A stretch of DNA of 37,657 bases from a virus (IMGVR_UViG_3300005077_001151:1-37657); one strand, 5' to 3'. Shown: positions 8,817 through 18,156, counted from the stretch's first letter. Made by a program: numbers and translations. The notes: generated from the letters alone by a model not told the origin.

Positions 8817-9806
8817 CTATTCCCGCGACTTCGCAGAGCGCGAGCATTTGAAAGCTTCCTCGGCAGCATTCCACAGCTTTATAACACTCTTTTTAAGGTC
8901 ATCTGCAAGATTGTTTGATTCAGTGTGCCGTATTGCCTGCTCTATGCCTATAAACCTTTTCCCATCAGCGCACGTAAACATTGTGTCGCCTGTCATAGAT
9001 TTCAAATAGTGAAGGTTCCCTCGAATATCATCGATGCCGTAGTTAAACAATATGTAAATGCTGCAGGTCCTAAAGGGATCGTCCACGGTTGACTTCTTGA
9101 TATAACACTCGCTGCGAATGCCTATAGCCTTCGATATTTTCACCCCAGAGTTTAGTTTAACCTCTCTTTCTACAAGCTCTTTTTGCGTTACTCTAATGCG
9201 CAGCGAACTGTAGTATGGTATGGCTTGACCTCCTGGAGTAAATGTCCCGCGCTCACCTTCTCGCATCTGATTGGAGCACGCAAGAATGCAGTTCCTATTC
9301 TTAATTATGCGCGCTGTTTTTCTAAGCTCTGCGCTAAAATCCTTTGCGCGCTTCATTCCCATCTTGTCGCCTTTGTCCATCTCCAAGTCTGTTGACAGTG
9401 CAGCAAGGGAGTCTGTTGCAATTATATTGACTGCCTTTCCTTCTTTCGGCTCCCAATTGCGCAACTTCTCGAAAGCCTCAACAACAGTGTCTGGCATGTG
9501 ATAGTCCTCTTTATTGAGTTCCATGCCATAGATCTTAGAGTATTCCTGATCAAGACGTCCTTCTGGATCTAGATACATAACACTACCTTTCCGAGCCTGC
9601 GCAGAAGCGCAGAGCTCGGAAAGGATTGCTGTTTTGCCGCTGCTCGCAGGACCAAATATCTCTACAATTATTCCTCCAGGAATGCCTCCCTTCGGATAAC
9701 GCTTGCCCGAGATGCACAGATCAAGCAGCGTTGAACCAGTAGATATCAGCTCGCAGACCGAATGCGACAGCCGACTAACTTCAGACTCGGCCCTTCTTTT
9801 TATCAT
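8817..9806 (-). CDS. recA: RecA/UvsX-like recombinase
   Basis: ISTGS..LD, EIFGPASSGKT, DSLAAL, NQMR, TPGGQAIPYYSSLRI. Confidence 0.93.
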   Translation of the reverse strand: MIKRRAESEVSRLSHSVCELISTGSTLLDLCISGKRYPKGGIPGGIIVEIFGPASSGKTAILSELCASAQARKGSVMYLDPEGRLDQEYSKIYGMELNKEDYHMPDTVVEAFEKLRNWEPKEGKAVNIIATDSLAALSTDLEMDKGDKMGMKRAKDFSAELRKTARIIKNRNCILACSNQMREGERGTFTPGGQAIPYYSSLRIRVTQKELVEREVKLNSGVKISKAIGIRSECYIKKSTVDDPFRTCSIYILFNYGIDDIRGNLHYLKSMTGDTMFTCADGKRFIGIEQAIRHTESNNLADDLKKSVIKLWNAAEEAFKCSRSAKSRE

Positions 9807-9808
9807 GG

Positions 9809-10825
9809 CTATCTCCGTTTCAGTTTAGCAGAAGCTCTTCTTCTGTCAAACTCCTCGGAACAGTCCTTATAAATCTCGCAGTTCTCGCAGTCATCAAACC
9901 TGTCAGCGTCGACGCCGAACTCATGCTCACAGGGGCAGCTGTCTCTGCTGTCGTCCTGCTGCGTGGGCTTTGGTGCTTGCCTCCTTGAATCAGAAGGCTG
10001 CTCTCTGCTGAAATTGGATGTCTCTGTCTTCCCAGATCTCCAGGCGCCTCCTTGAAGCTTCTCCTTTATATAATCATAATCACGCAGAAGCAGATGCTGA
10101 TCAAGAGCATAAGCGTCATCAGAAATGTTTCTCGGTATATCATAGTTCCTCGGTAGAAACTTGTGGCCGCTGATGGTCTTGTAGGTATCGCCTGCCACCT
10201 CGAATGAGATGCTCATTCCTGCATCCTTCTGTAAAGCTGCGAAGGGAATGATGCCGCCTTCACGCGGATTTTTAGCAAGAGATTGAAAAGGCTTCTCGCT
10301 ATACTTGTGACTGACCTCCCAGATCTGTATTCCCTTCTTCTCTTCCTTGTCTGAGTCGTAGCAGATTATGTTGTAAACGCAGCGACGTTTTGGTGCTATA
10401 TCGCTGTATTCTTCCCACTCGCGACCTTCCTTAATTTGAATATCAATCTCTTCGCAAACAGGGCACGGTTTACCATAATTCTTTAGAGGACACAGGATCA
10501 TCTCCTTGGCCGGACCTATTCCGGAATGAACAAAGACCTCCAGGACATAAACATAATCGTCCTTTAGAACAGGATTTCTGCGATTGAGCTCAGTAGGAAA
10601 TCTGTCACCGGCATAAAACGGAATGATATCTATGATGTGAGGATCTTCCTTTGTAGTTGTGCATTTCCAGAAAGGCAACTCTGAATCAGGCAGAAAATAT
10701 TTAGATGTTGCGTCGCCATCCTTTCTGTCGTATGACTCTTGCGTCCTTTTTATCAACTGCTCCATCATCTTGTCTTGCGATATAGAATTTCTGCTCTCTT
10801 CTTTTTGGTTCATGCGATCTCTCAT
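9809..10825 (-). CDS. Phage ssDNA-binding protein (gp32-like) with C-terminal Cys-rich domain
   Basis: H...CPLKNYGKPCPVCE zinc motif, YNI, GIQIW; lies between UvsY-like and RecA genes. Confidence 0.7.
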   Translation of the reverse strand: MRDRMNQKEESRNSISQDKMMEQLIKRTQESYDRKDGDATSKYFLPDSELPFWKCTTTKEDPHIIDIIPFYAGDRFPTELNRRNPVLKDDYVYVLEVFVHSGIGPAKEMILCPLKNYGKPCPVCEEIDIQIKEGREWEEYSDIAPKRRCVYNIICYDSDKEEKKGIQIWEVSHKYSEKPFQSLAKNPREGGIIPFAALQKDAGMSISFEVAGDTYKTISGHKFLPRNYDIPRNISDDAYALDQHLLLRDYDYIKEKLQGGAWRSGKTETSNFSREQPSDSRRQAPKPTQQDDSRDSCPCEHEFGVDADRFDDCENCEIYKDCSEEFDRRRASAKLKRR

Positions 10826-10866
10826 AAACAACTCCTTTCGATCTGTGAATAATTATTATCCGTTAC

Positions 10867-11364
10867 CTACTTCCTTGGGTCCCTTCTGGACAACGATCTG
10901 CGTGCTTCCGAAGAGTAATCATCGCCTACCTGCTGCCTCTTCAATTTGTCTACGCGCGGCTCTGACCAGTATCCTGAAAGAAATAAATCTGTCTCCTTCT
11001 CTAAAGCCTTCTTACGATGCTCGATAGCGTCCCTTGCTACCTCAAGAAGTCTCGTATCTCGCAAAGCTTCAAGATATTCGTTGTTAGCTTTCTGGTACTC
11101 GCTATTCAAAACAATCTTTGTCGCAATAGCAGCTTCTGTTATTTTTTCTTGAGCAGCTGCTGCGAGAGTCCTTATATTATTATCCAACTGTGCGCGCAAT
11201 ACATCAAGCCGCTCCTTGTGTTTGTCTTTCTTAAACTGAGCCTCTGCCCAAAGTTCGCCGTACTTCATACAAAGCAACGGTTGCCTCTCCCACTCGTTGT
11301 CTAATGAGTGCTTGTCAAACTCCATGTCCTCTCTATTCACCATCTTGCTCTCCCTTGTAGTCAT
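10867..11364 (-). CDS. UvsY-like recombination mediator
   Basis: LDNEWERQP...ITEAAI...RKKALE helical pattern; synteny with SSB and RecA. Confidence 0.6.
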   Translation of the reverse strand: MTTRESKMVNREDMEFDKHSLDNEWERQPLLCMKYGELWAEAQFKKDKHKERLDVLRAQLDNNIRTLAAAAQEKITEAAIATKIVLNSEYQKANNEYLEALRDTRLLEVARDAIEHRKKALEKETDLFLSGYWSEPRVDKLKRQQVGDDYSSEARRSLSRRDPRK

Positions 11365-11377
11365 ATGCGTCTATTCC

Positions 11378-11395
11378 TATTATACCCCTATTTCT
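11378..11395 (-). promoter_or_regulatory. Putative phage promoter motif AGAAATAGGGGTATAATA
   Basis: Intergenic, contains TATAAT; 17/18 identical to 18139-18156. Confidence 0.6.
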
Positions 11396-11426
11396 ATAAA
11401 ACAGCATCATTTTATTGCTTTATTTA

Positions 11427-14400
11427 CTACTTTATTATCGTCGATAATGCCCTTATTTTCTCTGCAAAATTTTTGATGCCATCTGAAAACATCTGTTGGT
11501 TTTCTCTCTGATATAAAACTGAAGCAGGGTGTATGCACCAGCACAGCCAGCAACCATATTCTTCATGCCACTCTGTCGTGCCACTCTTAGACATTATTCC
11601 TGAGTCACGATCTAAGAAAAATTTCATATTAGTATTTCCGATCGCCAATATCAGAAAAGGCTTAAGTGAGATGATCTCTTCTGTAAGCCATTTAGAGCAA
11701 GCCTTTATTTGCTTACTGGTAGGAGTCTTTGTCTCTGATGGCCAGCACTTTACAACATTCGTAACGTGAAATAACTCTCTACCAAGACCGTGTTCTTTTA
11801 ACTCCTTCCAAAGAACCTCACTGCCTGATCTACCAACAAATCCCTGACCACTACTGTCCTCGTCCTTACCAGGAGCCTCTCCTATTATCATAATGTTATA
11901 TAGTCCTCTTGAAGGCAGAACAGGAGCTTTGCATTGTGTTCTTAACTCACAAATACTGCAAGAACCAAGATCTAAATTTTGAAATCTCCTGTGCCGAGCC
12001 AAATTTAAAGCAATGTTCTGTGTTCCAAAATTGGCAGACAGAACCTCCTCACCAAGCCAAGCCCATTTACAATGTAGGCTGCCCGCCCTAGATATATTCC
12101 CTCCATAAGCCAATATGTGCTCTCCCTCACAATGCTCTATAATATCTTTTTTAGCATTGTATATGTCTGACCCAAATACTATCATGCAAAAATCAGTGTC
12201 GTCTTTTATATTGCCATATACCCCTCCCAAGGACTCTTCTGTTGCCGACGCTTTCATCTTGTTTGAGCTAGAAAGTTTATTGACAGCTGCTTTATAACCA
12301 AACCTAAGCTGCGTCATATTGCCGAAATAATAACTACTTATTTTGGTAGGAATGTTCCAATTTATCGAATTTATTTTCTTTATCTCCAAGCTTGTACTTA
12401 AAAGCTCAAGCACCTTTCTATACTTCTTAGTTCTGTCACGACTAAAAGAAAAATTGAAATATTTTGAAAGCTCGTCTGCCTTTTCCTCACTCACAGGTAT
12501 ATCAGAAAAGACGTCCATCTTGCTGATTATCTCTGTGCACTTTGAACTTATTTTTCTGCCAGACTCCGAGTCACAAAACGAGTTCTTATCAGCAGAGAAT
12601 ATAGCAGTCGACATCTGCTCAGATGTTCTCTCTCCGAAGCCTTTGATCTCGCTAAATGAAGCGTACAATACACCGTCTCCTATGACCCATTCATTCGGCT
12701 TACTTATCCCTATCTTTGGTGGTCTAATATCCAAGCCCAACCTAAAGGCTTCCTCGACAAGCTCTTCCTTCTTTGTCTCGCTACCATAAGTCAAATTTGC
12801 CCACATAAACTCAAGTGGATAATGGCACTTTAAATACATACACCAATATGTTATAAGAGAATACTCGCAAGCATGAGACAAATTAAAACCATAAGAGCCA
12901 AAGCTTGCAAGCTCATCCCAAAGCTTCTCGGCAGTCTCTCTATCAAGCGTCTTTCTCTCAACGCAGCCATTAGCAAAAAGCTCTTTAAACTTTAGAAACT
13001 GCTCAACTCCCTGAGATTTGCTTATGACTTTACGAACAGTGTCTGCTGTCTTCCAGCCAAGACCTCCAAGCTCATACATAAATCTCATAACCTGCTCTTG
13101 GTATAAAATTATTCCTAATGTGTCCTTTGTTATCTCTTCAAGATATTTATGTTTGCATACCCACTTCTTCTCTCCTCTCTTCCGCATAATATACTCAGTA
13201 ACCATACCAGATCTAAGTGTGCCAGGACGATGAAGAGAAGTCAAATGAACAAGCTGATTAAAGTCTTCAACTCCCATCTGCTGAGCAAGTCTTCTTAGCC
13301 CAAGAGAGCCTACCTGGAAACAGCCAATTGAGTTTCCTTTGGTAAACTCTTCATAACACGCTTTGTCGTCAAGAGGAATACTGTCAAAATCTATTTGGTC
13401 TCCGCTCCTCTCTGATATTACTTTCTTGGCCGCATTAAGTATTGTCAGAGCATTAAGGCCCAACACATCAAGCTTCATCAGACCAAAATGCTCTATGTCC
13501 GTTTTCTCCCAGTTAATCATAATCTCGCCATCTTTACCTGTCTGAACGCAGCACCGACTTCCATCAAAAAGACTGTCCTTGGATATAACAATTGCTGCTG
13601 CATGTTGGCCCTTCCCGCGCGCCTGTCCTTCAAGTCTCATAGCTATCTCTGCAACCTCGGGATACTTTCTCTTAAACCTTATTCCGTCCTCGAATGTAGA
13701 GAAAGCGTCTTCAATTGTAAAGTCGCTGCGAAAGTCTCCGCCGCTCCTGACCACGATGCTTTTTGCAGCTTTGTCGGCATCTATTATTGGTACATTAAAA
13801 ACCCTTGACACATCTCTAATGGCAGACCTACCCTTCATTTCCTGAATAGTTGAGATTGCTGCAACGTTGTCTCTGCCATAAAGATCTTCAAGATGGCTCC
13901 TTATAAGATGCCTTTTCCTGTCCTCGAAATCCATATCAATATCTGGCAAATCTATTCTGGCAGGACTTATGAACCTAGCAAAAATAAGATTAAACCTTAT
14001 CGGATCTATCTCTGTTATGTTGAGAAGATAACAGACAAGAGATCCGCCAGAACTTCCTCTGCCAGGTCCTACCATTATGTCGTTTTTCTTGCACCAGTTT
14101 ATCAGCTCCCAAACGATAAGAAAATACCTTGAGAAGCCTTGCTTGATTATTATATCAAGCTCCTCTTGCAGCCTCTCAGAATATTTTTCAGGATCATCGA
14201 CCTTGTTTCTTATCTTACGATCATATCCCTCAAAAGATAATCTTCTCAAAGCGTCTTCGTCTTTCTCTCCTGCCAAGCAAGGGACTTCAGGTAGAGCAAC
14301 CTGGACTTCATCAAGAACAAAGTCTCTACACTTTTCAGCTATTTCAATTGATGTGTCCATGGCACACAGGAAGTCCCTGCTGCTGACGCCTATCTCTCTA

Positions 14401-15143
14401 AAAGATAAAGACATCTCTGAAGCAGTTTTTAAATAAAGACTATCAACTTCAAACTTCCACCTCTTTGGGTCGCGCATATTTGTTTTTGACTGTATTGCAA
14501 GCAATACTTCCTGCGCTCTATTGTCAGTTTTAAGCACATAATGGCAATCGTTCGACGCCACAATCTTGATATTCTTTTTTCTGCCGAGATCAAGGCACAA
14601 GTTATTGTGCAATATCTGTGCATCATAATTCAAAGGCATTATCTCAAGATAAAAATCGTCACCAAGACGGTCCTTTATTCTATCTACAAGCCTGCTCGCT
14701 CCCTTCATATTTAAAAATGACGAAGCGCAAGCACTCATAACAACCAGACCTTCAGAGAAATTAAGCAGCTGCGAGATAGAGAACCTTGGCTTGTAATAAA
14801 ATCCGCTTGTACCTGCAACAGATAAAAGCTTCAAGATATTTTTCCAGCCAGCTTTGTTTTTAGCCAAAACTGTTATATGGTATCTCTTCTCTCCTTTAAT
14901 CTTTATGGACGGATCTGGAACCACATATCCTTCAAAACCGAATATGGGTATGATAGAATTATCGTGGCAGGCCTTATTAAATTTGACAACTCCGTCCACG
15001 TTGCCGTGGTTGGTTGTCGCAAGATATTTAAATCCTATCTCCTTTGCTCTAGCTGCATATTGAACAGCCTTGCCCATTCCGTCCAGTAAAGAAAACTCAT
15101 CGTGCACATGAAGGTGGCAAAAAGCTCTACCCATAATTACCAT
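11427..15143 (-). CDS. dnaE: DNA polymerase III alpha (family C) fused to C-terminal family-4 uracil-DNA glycosylase
   Basis: PHP HLHVH..SLLDG/TNHG/NDCHY; GRGSSGGS, PDIDMDF, KLDVLGL, YQEQVM, YGFNLSH; C-terminal CSIC, GEAPG, FVGRSG, NVVKCWP, HPAS. Confidence 0.95.
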   Translation of the reverse strand: MVIMGRAFCHLHVHDEFSLLDGMGKAVQYAARAKEIGFKYLATTNHGNVDGVVKFNKACHDNSIIPIFGFEGYVVPDPSIKIKGEKRYHITVLAKNKAGWKNILKLLSVAGTSGFYYKPRFSISQLLNFSEGLVVMSACASSFLNMKGASRLVDRIKDRLGDDFYLEIMPLNYDAQILHNNLCLDLGRKKNIKIVASNDCHYVLKTDNRAQEVLLAIQSKTNMRDPKRWKFEVDSLYLKTASEMSLSFREIGVSSRDFLCAMDTSIEIAEKCRDFVLDEVQVALPEVPCLAGEKDEDALRRLSFEGYDRKIRNKVDDPEKYSERLQEELDIIIKQGFSRYFLIVWELINWCKKNDIMVGPGRGSSGGSLVCYLLNITEIDPIRFNLIFARFISPARIDLPDIDMDFEDRKRHLIRSHLEDLYGRDNVAAISTIQEMKGRSAIRDVSRVFNVPIIDADKAAKSIVVRSGGDFRSDFTIEDAFSTFEDGIRFKRKYPEVAEIAMRLEGQARGKGQHAAAIVISKDSLFDGSRCCVQTGKDGEIMINWEKTDIEHFGLMKLDVLGLNALTILNAAKKVISERSGDQIDFDSIPLDDKACYEEFTKGNSIGCFQVGSLGLRRLAQQMGVEDFNQLVHLTSLHRPGTLRSGMVTEYIMRKRGEKKWVCKHKYLEEITKDTLGIILYQEQVMRFMYELGGLGWKTADTVRKVISKSQGVEQFLKFKELFANGCVERKTLDRETAEKLWDELASFGSYGFNLSHACEYSLITYWCMYLKCHYPLEFMWANLTYGSETKKEELVEEAFRLGLDIRPPKIGISKPNEWVIGDGVLYASFSEIKGFGERTSEQMSTAIFSADKNSFCDSESGRKISSKCTEIISKMDVFSDIPVSEEKADELSKYFNFSFSRDRTKKYRKVLELLSTSLEIKKINSINWNIPTKISSYYFGNMTQLRFGYKAAVNKLSSSNKMKASATEESLGGVYGNIKDDTDFCMIVFGSDIYNAKKDIIEHCEGEHILAYGGNISRAGSLHCKWAWLGEEVLSANFGTQNIALNLARHRRFQNLDLGSCSICELRTQCKAPVLPSRGLYNIMIIGEAPGKDEDSSGQGFVGRSGSEVLWKELKEHGLGRELFHVTNVVKCWPSETKTPTSKQIKACSKWLTEEIISLKPFLILAIGNTNMKFFLDRDSGIMSKSGTTEWHEEYGCWLCWCIHPASVLYQRENQQMFSDGIKNFAEKIRALSTIIK

Positions 15144-15376
15144 TTCCTTCTAGCGAATTGTTCTCTCATAGCGACCAAATACTGGAGCATATCTGCAGCT
15201 TCCTCGATGGCCTCATCAATCCATTCAAAAGGATTTTTCTTCTGGTCCCAGCTTATGCCCTGACCATATGTAGCTCTTCCCTTCTTCCACCTATCTTTTA
15301 TTACCTTGATCACAGCTTTCTCGGTCTCTGTCTCTACAATATCGTATGGCTCAGTTTTGCGGGAAGATTTTTGCAT
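15137..15376 (-). CDS. Small all-alpha NTP pyrophosphohydrolase-like (MazG-like) protein
   Basis: R..KG..TYG...WIDEAIEEAADMLQYL acidic EExxD helix. Confidence 0.55.
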   Translation of the reverse strand: MQKSSRKTEPYDIVETETEKAVIKVIKDRWKKGRATYGQGISWDQKKNPFEWIDEAIEEAADMLQYLVAMREQFARRKW

Positions 15377-15380
15377 ATGA

Positions 15381-16100
15381 TTATCTCTTCACCCATCGAC
15401 TTATATCCGTATCAATGGCAACAGGAAAATCATACTTGCCGCAAGGAACAGGGCTGATGCACTTGCCTAATCTAAAGCACAGCGGCTTCATAGGCTCAGA
15501 GAGTATAGGACTTATTTTCTCTCTTATCTCGGCTCGCATAAGCCTTGCCACTTCTCTAAACTCACCTTGTGCGTTCTCGCAAAACCGCAGCTCCAGCATG
15601 TGATAAAGAGACCGAAGATTTATCGCCATCGTTATCGTGCTATGTATGTTCAAAGGGAGCAGTCCTCTTGCATCCTCTGTTTTACAGCCAAGTCTTATGA
15701 GCTCTCTATATTTGGACTGAAGATCTTCCATCGTCTCTCTGTATATTTTAAGAGCTGCTGCGTTGTTATTAAGCTCTTCAGAAATTGCAAACCTTTTCTC
15801 ACTTGCGAAGTCTCCTACATCAACTATTCTCAAGCTCTGTATGCTATAAGCTGCGGTCCTTGTCCTGGTTAGCTGCTGCTGAAAAGCTCGGCTTGCGCCT
15901 TCTATAAGCCACACAAGATTGACAAATTCAAAAACGGTCTGATGCGGTTGTTTGATAAGCATGCTAAAAAATGACTCTTTCTCATCGCTACTGAGATTTA
16001 TGTTTTCAATGCTATCAGGAACAACATGGTGCATGTTCATAAATGCCCAGTAAATAACTTCAAGCGGGTTTTTAGTAAAACTTATAAGCTTAACCTTCAT
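15381..16100 (-). CDS. thyX: Flavin-dependent thymidylate synthase (variant RTR motif)
   Basis: HQTVFE, SRAFQQQLTRTR-x7-S-LR, EDARGLLP, NLRSL, R.C..AQ.E.R; start MKVKL with GAGGAG RBS. Confidence 0.88.
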   Translation of the reverse strand: MKVKLISFTKNPLEVIYWAFMNMHHVVPDSIENINLSSDEKESFFSMLIKQPHQTVFEFVNLVWLIEGASRAFQQQLTRTRTAAYSIQSLRIVDVGDFASEKRFAISEELNNNAAALKIYRETMEDLQSKYRELIRLGCKTEDARGLLPLNIHSTITMAINLRSLYHMLELRFCENAQGEFREVARLMRAEIREKISPILSEPMKPLCFRLGKCISPVPCGKYDFPVAIDTDISRWVKR

Positions 16101-17355
16101 GAGCAGGTCTCCTCTCTTTTTCAAGCTTTTCACTTTTCTTAAAGAATGTGTCCACAAGCTCTCCAAATCCTATGTCTAAGTTAATGCCTATTGTCAAGAA
16201 ATATTTGAATATATCAATCCACTCCTCCTTTATCTTCTCTCTTGATATTGGCCTGTCGCTCTTATGTATCTTCCAGTTTATACAATCAAGCAGACTAAAT
16301 ATTTCATCTAGCATTAAAAGTGATAGCTTCTCGGTGTTCTTTTGCACAAGGCATAAGTCCTCGGAAAAATCAAAATAATGAGCAGAGTAAACTTCCTGCA
16401 TAGAGAATATATCATTCATAATAAATCTATCGTCCGATGATCTTCTTATTATGTCTTGTATTAAAATATCTGGATTCCACTCTGCATATCTCCCTAGCAT
16501 CATTATATTTTTAAATCTTTTGTTAATTCTCTTCTTTATTATCCTTGTTCTCTCCAAATATTTGCCTCCGCTGAATATGTCGCTCTTGCCTGTTATCTCG
16601 CAGAAGCATTTTTGGTCTCTCTTGATAACCCTTGAAAACTCGAAGCTTGGCTCAGGAAAATAAACGATCGCGTTCTCATAAGGTATTTTATTTATGCCGA
16701 AGTCGCTTTCTGTTCCCTCGAAGAACGTGCTGCCAAGATATTCTAACTGCTCGTCACCAGAAGCAATATCTGTGTCGGAATAAACCACCTTGCAGAAAAC
16801 ATCATAAGGTATCGTGCTTACGCAATGGTTAAAACTGATTTCTCTCCCAGAGGAAAGAACGACCTTATTATTTTCAGGGCAGATTTTAGAAACAAGCTCC
16901 TCTGAAAAAATTTGCGGCGCAATTATCTTATCAAGTGACAAAAAAAGGCTTTCAAGATCGACATCAAGCGCCTTCAAGCAGCTATTCTTTTCACAGCTCA
17001 AAAATAAACCTTCTCCATAAATCGATCTGCTAAATTTTAAAGCTCTGCCTGAGTACTGATCAACAAGCTTCTTATCTATTATTTTCTGCTTGTCGTCCGA
17101 CGACAGATATTCAGAGCTTATATAATTGTTATTGACTGATACAAGTATATCAAAAGTTTTGTGAGTATAGTCAACTCTGCCACCTAGCAGATTGATGTCA
17201 GAAAAAAATTTTTTTATCCTGTAATTGTCGTGGAAAAGAATAAAAGGCGACAGACAAGTGATAGTACTTAAATTGTCCTTGCCGACTATAAAGTAATCTC
17301 TATTATAAAGAGAAAATATTTTAGCGGATAATCCGTTTCCTAGAACAATGTTCAT
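16090..17355 (-). CDS. Fusion of a flavoprotein-like (Rossmann) oxidoreductase and a dimeric dUTPase-like all-alpha NTP pyrophosphatase
   Basis: N-terminal IVLGNGLSA, VSTIP, LGRYAEW; C-terminal DEIFSLL..INWK.H...IKEEWIDIFKYF...FFKKS. Confidence 0.65.
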   Translation of the reverse strand: MNIVLGNGLSAKIFSLYNRDYFIVGKDNLSTITCLSPFILFHDNYRIKKFFSDINLLGGRVDYTHKTFDILVSVNNNYISSEYLSSDDKQKIIDKKLVDQYSGRALKFSRSIYGEGLFLSCEKNSCLKALDVDLESLFLSLDKIIAPQIFSEELVSKICPENNKVVLSSGREISFNHCVSTIPYDVFCKVVYSDTDIASGDEQLEYLGSTFFEGTESDFGINKIPYENAIVYFPEPSFEFSRVIKRDQKCFCEITGKSDIFSGGKYLERTRIIKKRINKRFKNIMMLGRYAEWNPDILIQDIIRRSSDDRFIMNDIFSMQEVYSAHYFDFSEDLCLVQKNTEKLSLLMLDEIFSLLDCINWKIHKSDRPISREKIKEEWIDIFKYFLTIGINLDIGFGELVDTFFKKSEKLEKERRPAHEG

Positions 17356-17417
17356 GATCAAATGCTCCTCTGTCTGTCAGCCTTTAGAGATAAAAAGTTA
17401 ATGGTTAATTGTCTTGG

Positions 17418-18080
17418 TTAGGCTCTGCTATAGGCGCCATCCTCGCTCTTCTTGATCCAGCCATTTCTCATCCCTGTTGCTATAACCTTTGAAACACGGC
17501 TGGCAGGGTTCGTCAGTTTCTTGCAAGACGACGATATCTTCCTGATAAGCTCCTTTTCAGTTATGCCGTCGCTGTTGACGATTAATGATATTACAGCGTG
17601 TGTGCCGGCACTCTTTCTATATCCAAACTCATCAATCTTCTCTGACTGCTCCTTGGCAGCAGGTTTGGCAGCAGGTTTGGCAACGGCCTTGGCAACGGCC
17701 TTGGCAGCAGGTTTGGCAACGGCCTTGGCAGCAGGTTTGGCAACGGCCTTGGCAGCAGGCTTGGCAACGGCCTTGGCAACGGCCTTGGCAGCAGGTTTGG
17801 CAACGGCCTTGGCAACGGCCTTGGCAGCAGGTTTGGCAACGGCCTTGGCAGCAGGCTTCCAGTCGTCGATCTCCTCTTCCTCTACAGAGAAAGAATTGTA
17901 TACAACTGTAATTACTTCTGCCAAAGAGCCATCTTTCTCTTCAGGAAGTGATTCAACTGCAACCATGAATTGCTCCTTGGCTTCTTCTGCTGTGCAGCTG
18001 CTATCAATCACCAGCGGCTCCTCTCTGAGCATTTGGTCGTTGAATGCCGCAACGGCTTGATTAAATTTTTTTGTTTTCAT
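17418..18080 (-). CDS. Histone H1/AlgP-like Lys-Ala-Pro repeat protein
   Basis: Acidic N-terminus, 17 KPAA/KAVA tetrapeptides, basic C-terminal globular domain; AAAGGAG RBS. Confidence 0.75.
   Translation of the reverse strand: MKTKKFNQAVAAFNDQMLREEPLVIDSSCTAEEAKEQFMVAVESLPEEKDGSLAEVITVVYNSFSVEEEEIDDWKPAAKAVAKPAAKAVAKAVAKPAAKAVAKAVAKPAAKAVAKPAAKAVAKPAAKAVAKAVAKPAAKPAAKEQSEKIDEFGYRKSAGTHAVISLIVNSDGITEKELIRKISSSCKKLTNPASRVSKVIATGMRNGWIKKSEDGAYSRA
17653..17858. repeat. Coding tandem array of two 12-bp units (ttggcagcaggt / ttggcaacggcc), 17 units
   Basis: Read directly; encodes 8 KPAA and 9 KAVA. Confidence 0.95.
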
Positions 18081-18138
18081 ACAGGGTGCTCCTTTCTTGG
18101 TTTTTTGGATTAAACAAAACTTCCTGGCTTCCTGTTAT

Positions 18139-18156
18139 TATTATACCCCTGTTTCT
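18139..18156 (-). promoter_or_regulatory. Putative phage promoter motif AGAAACAGGGGTATAATA
   Basis: Intergenic, near-identical to 11378-11395, same orientation. Confidence 0.6.

Noticed and set aside
17653-17858. Repeat array as CRISPR
   Set aside because: Contiguous 12-bp coding units, no unique spacers, no cas genes.
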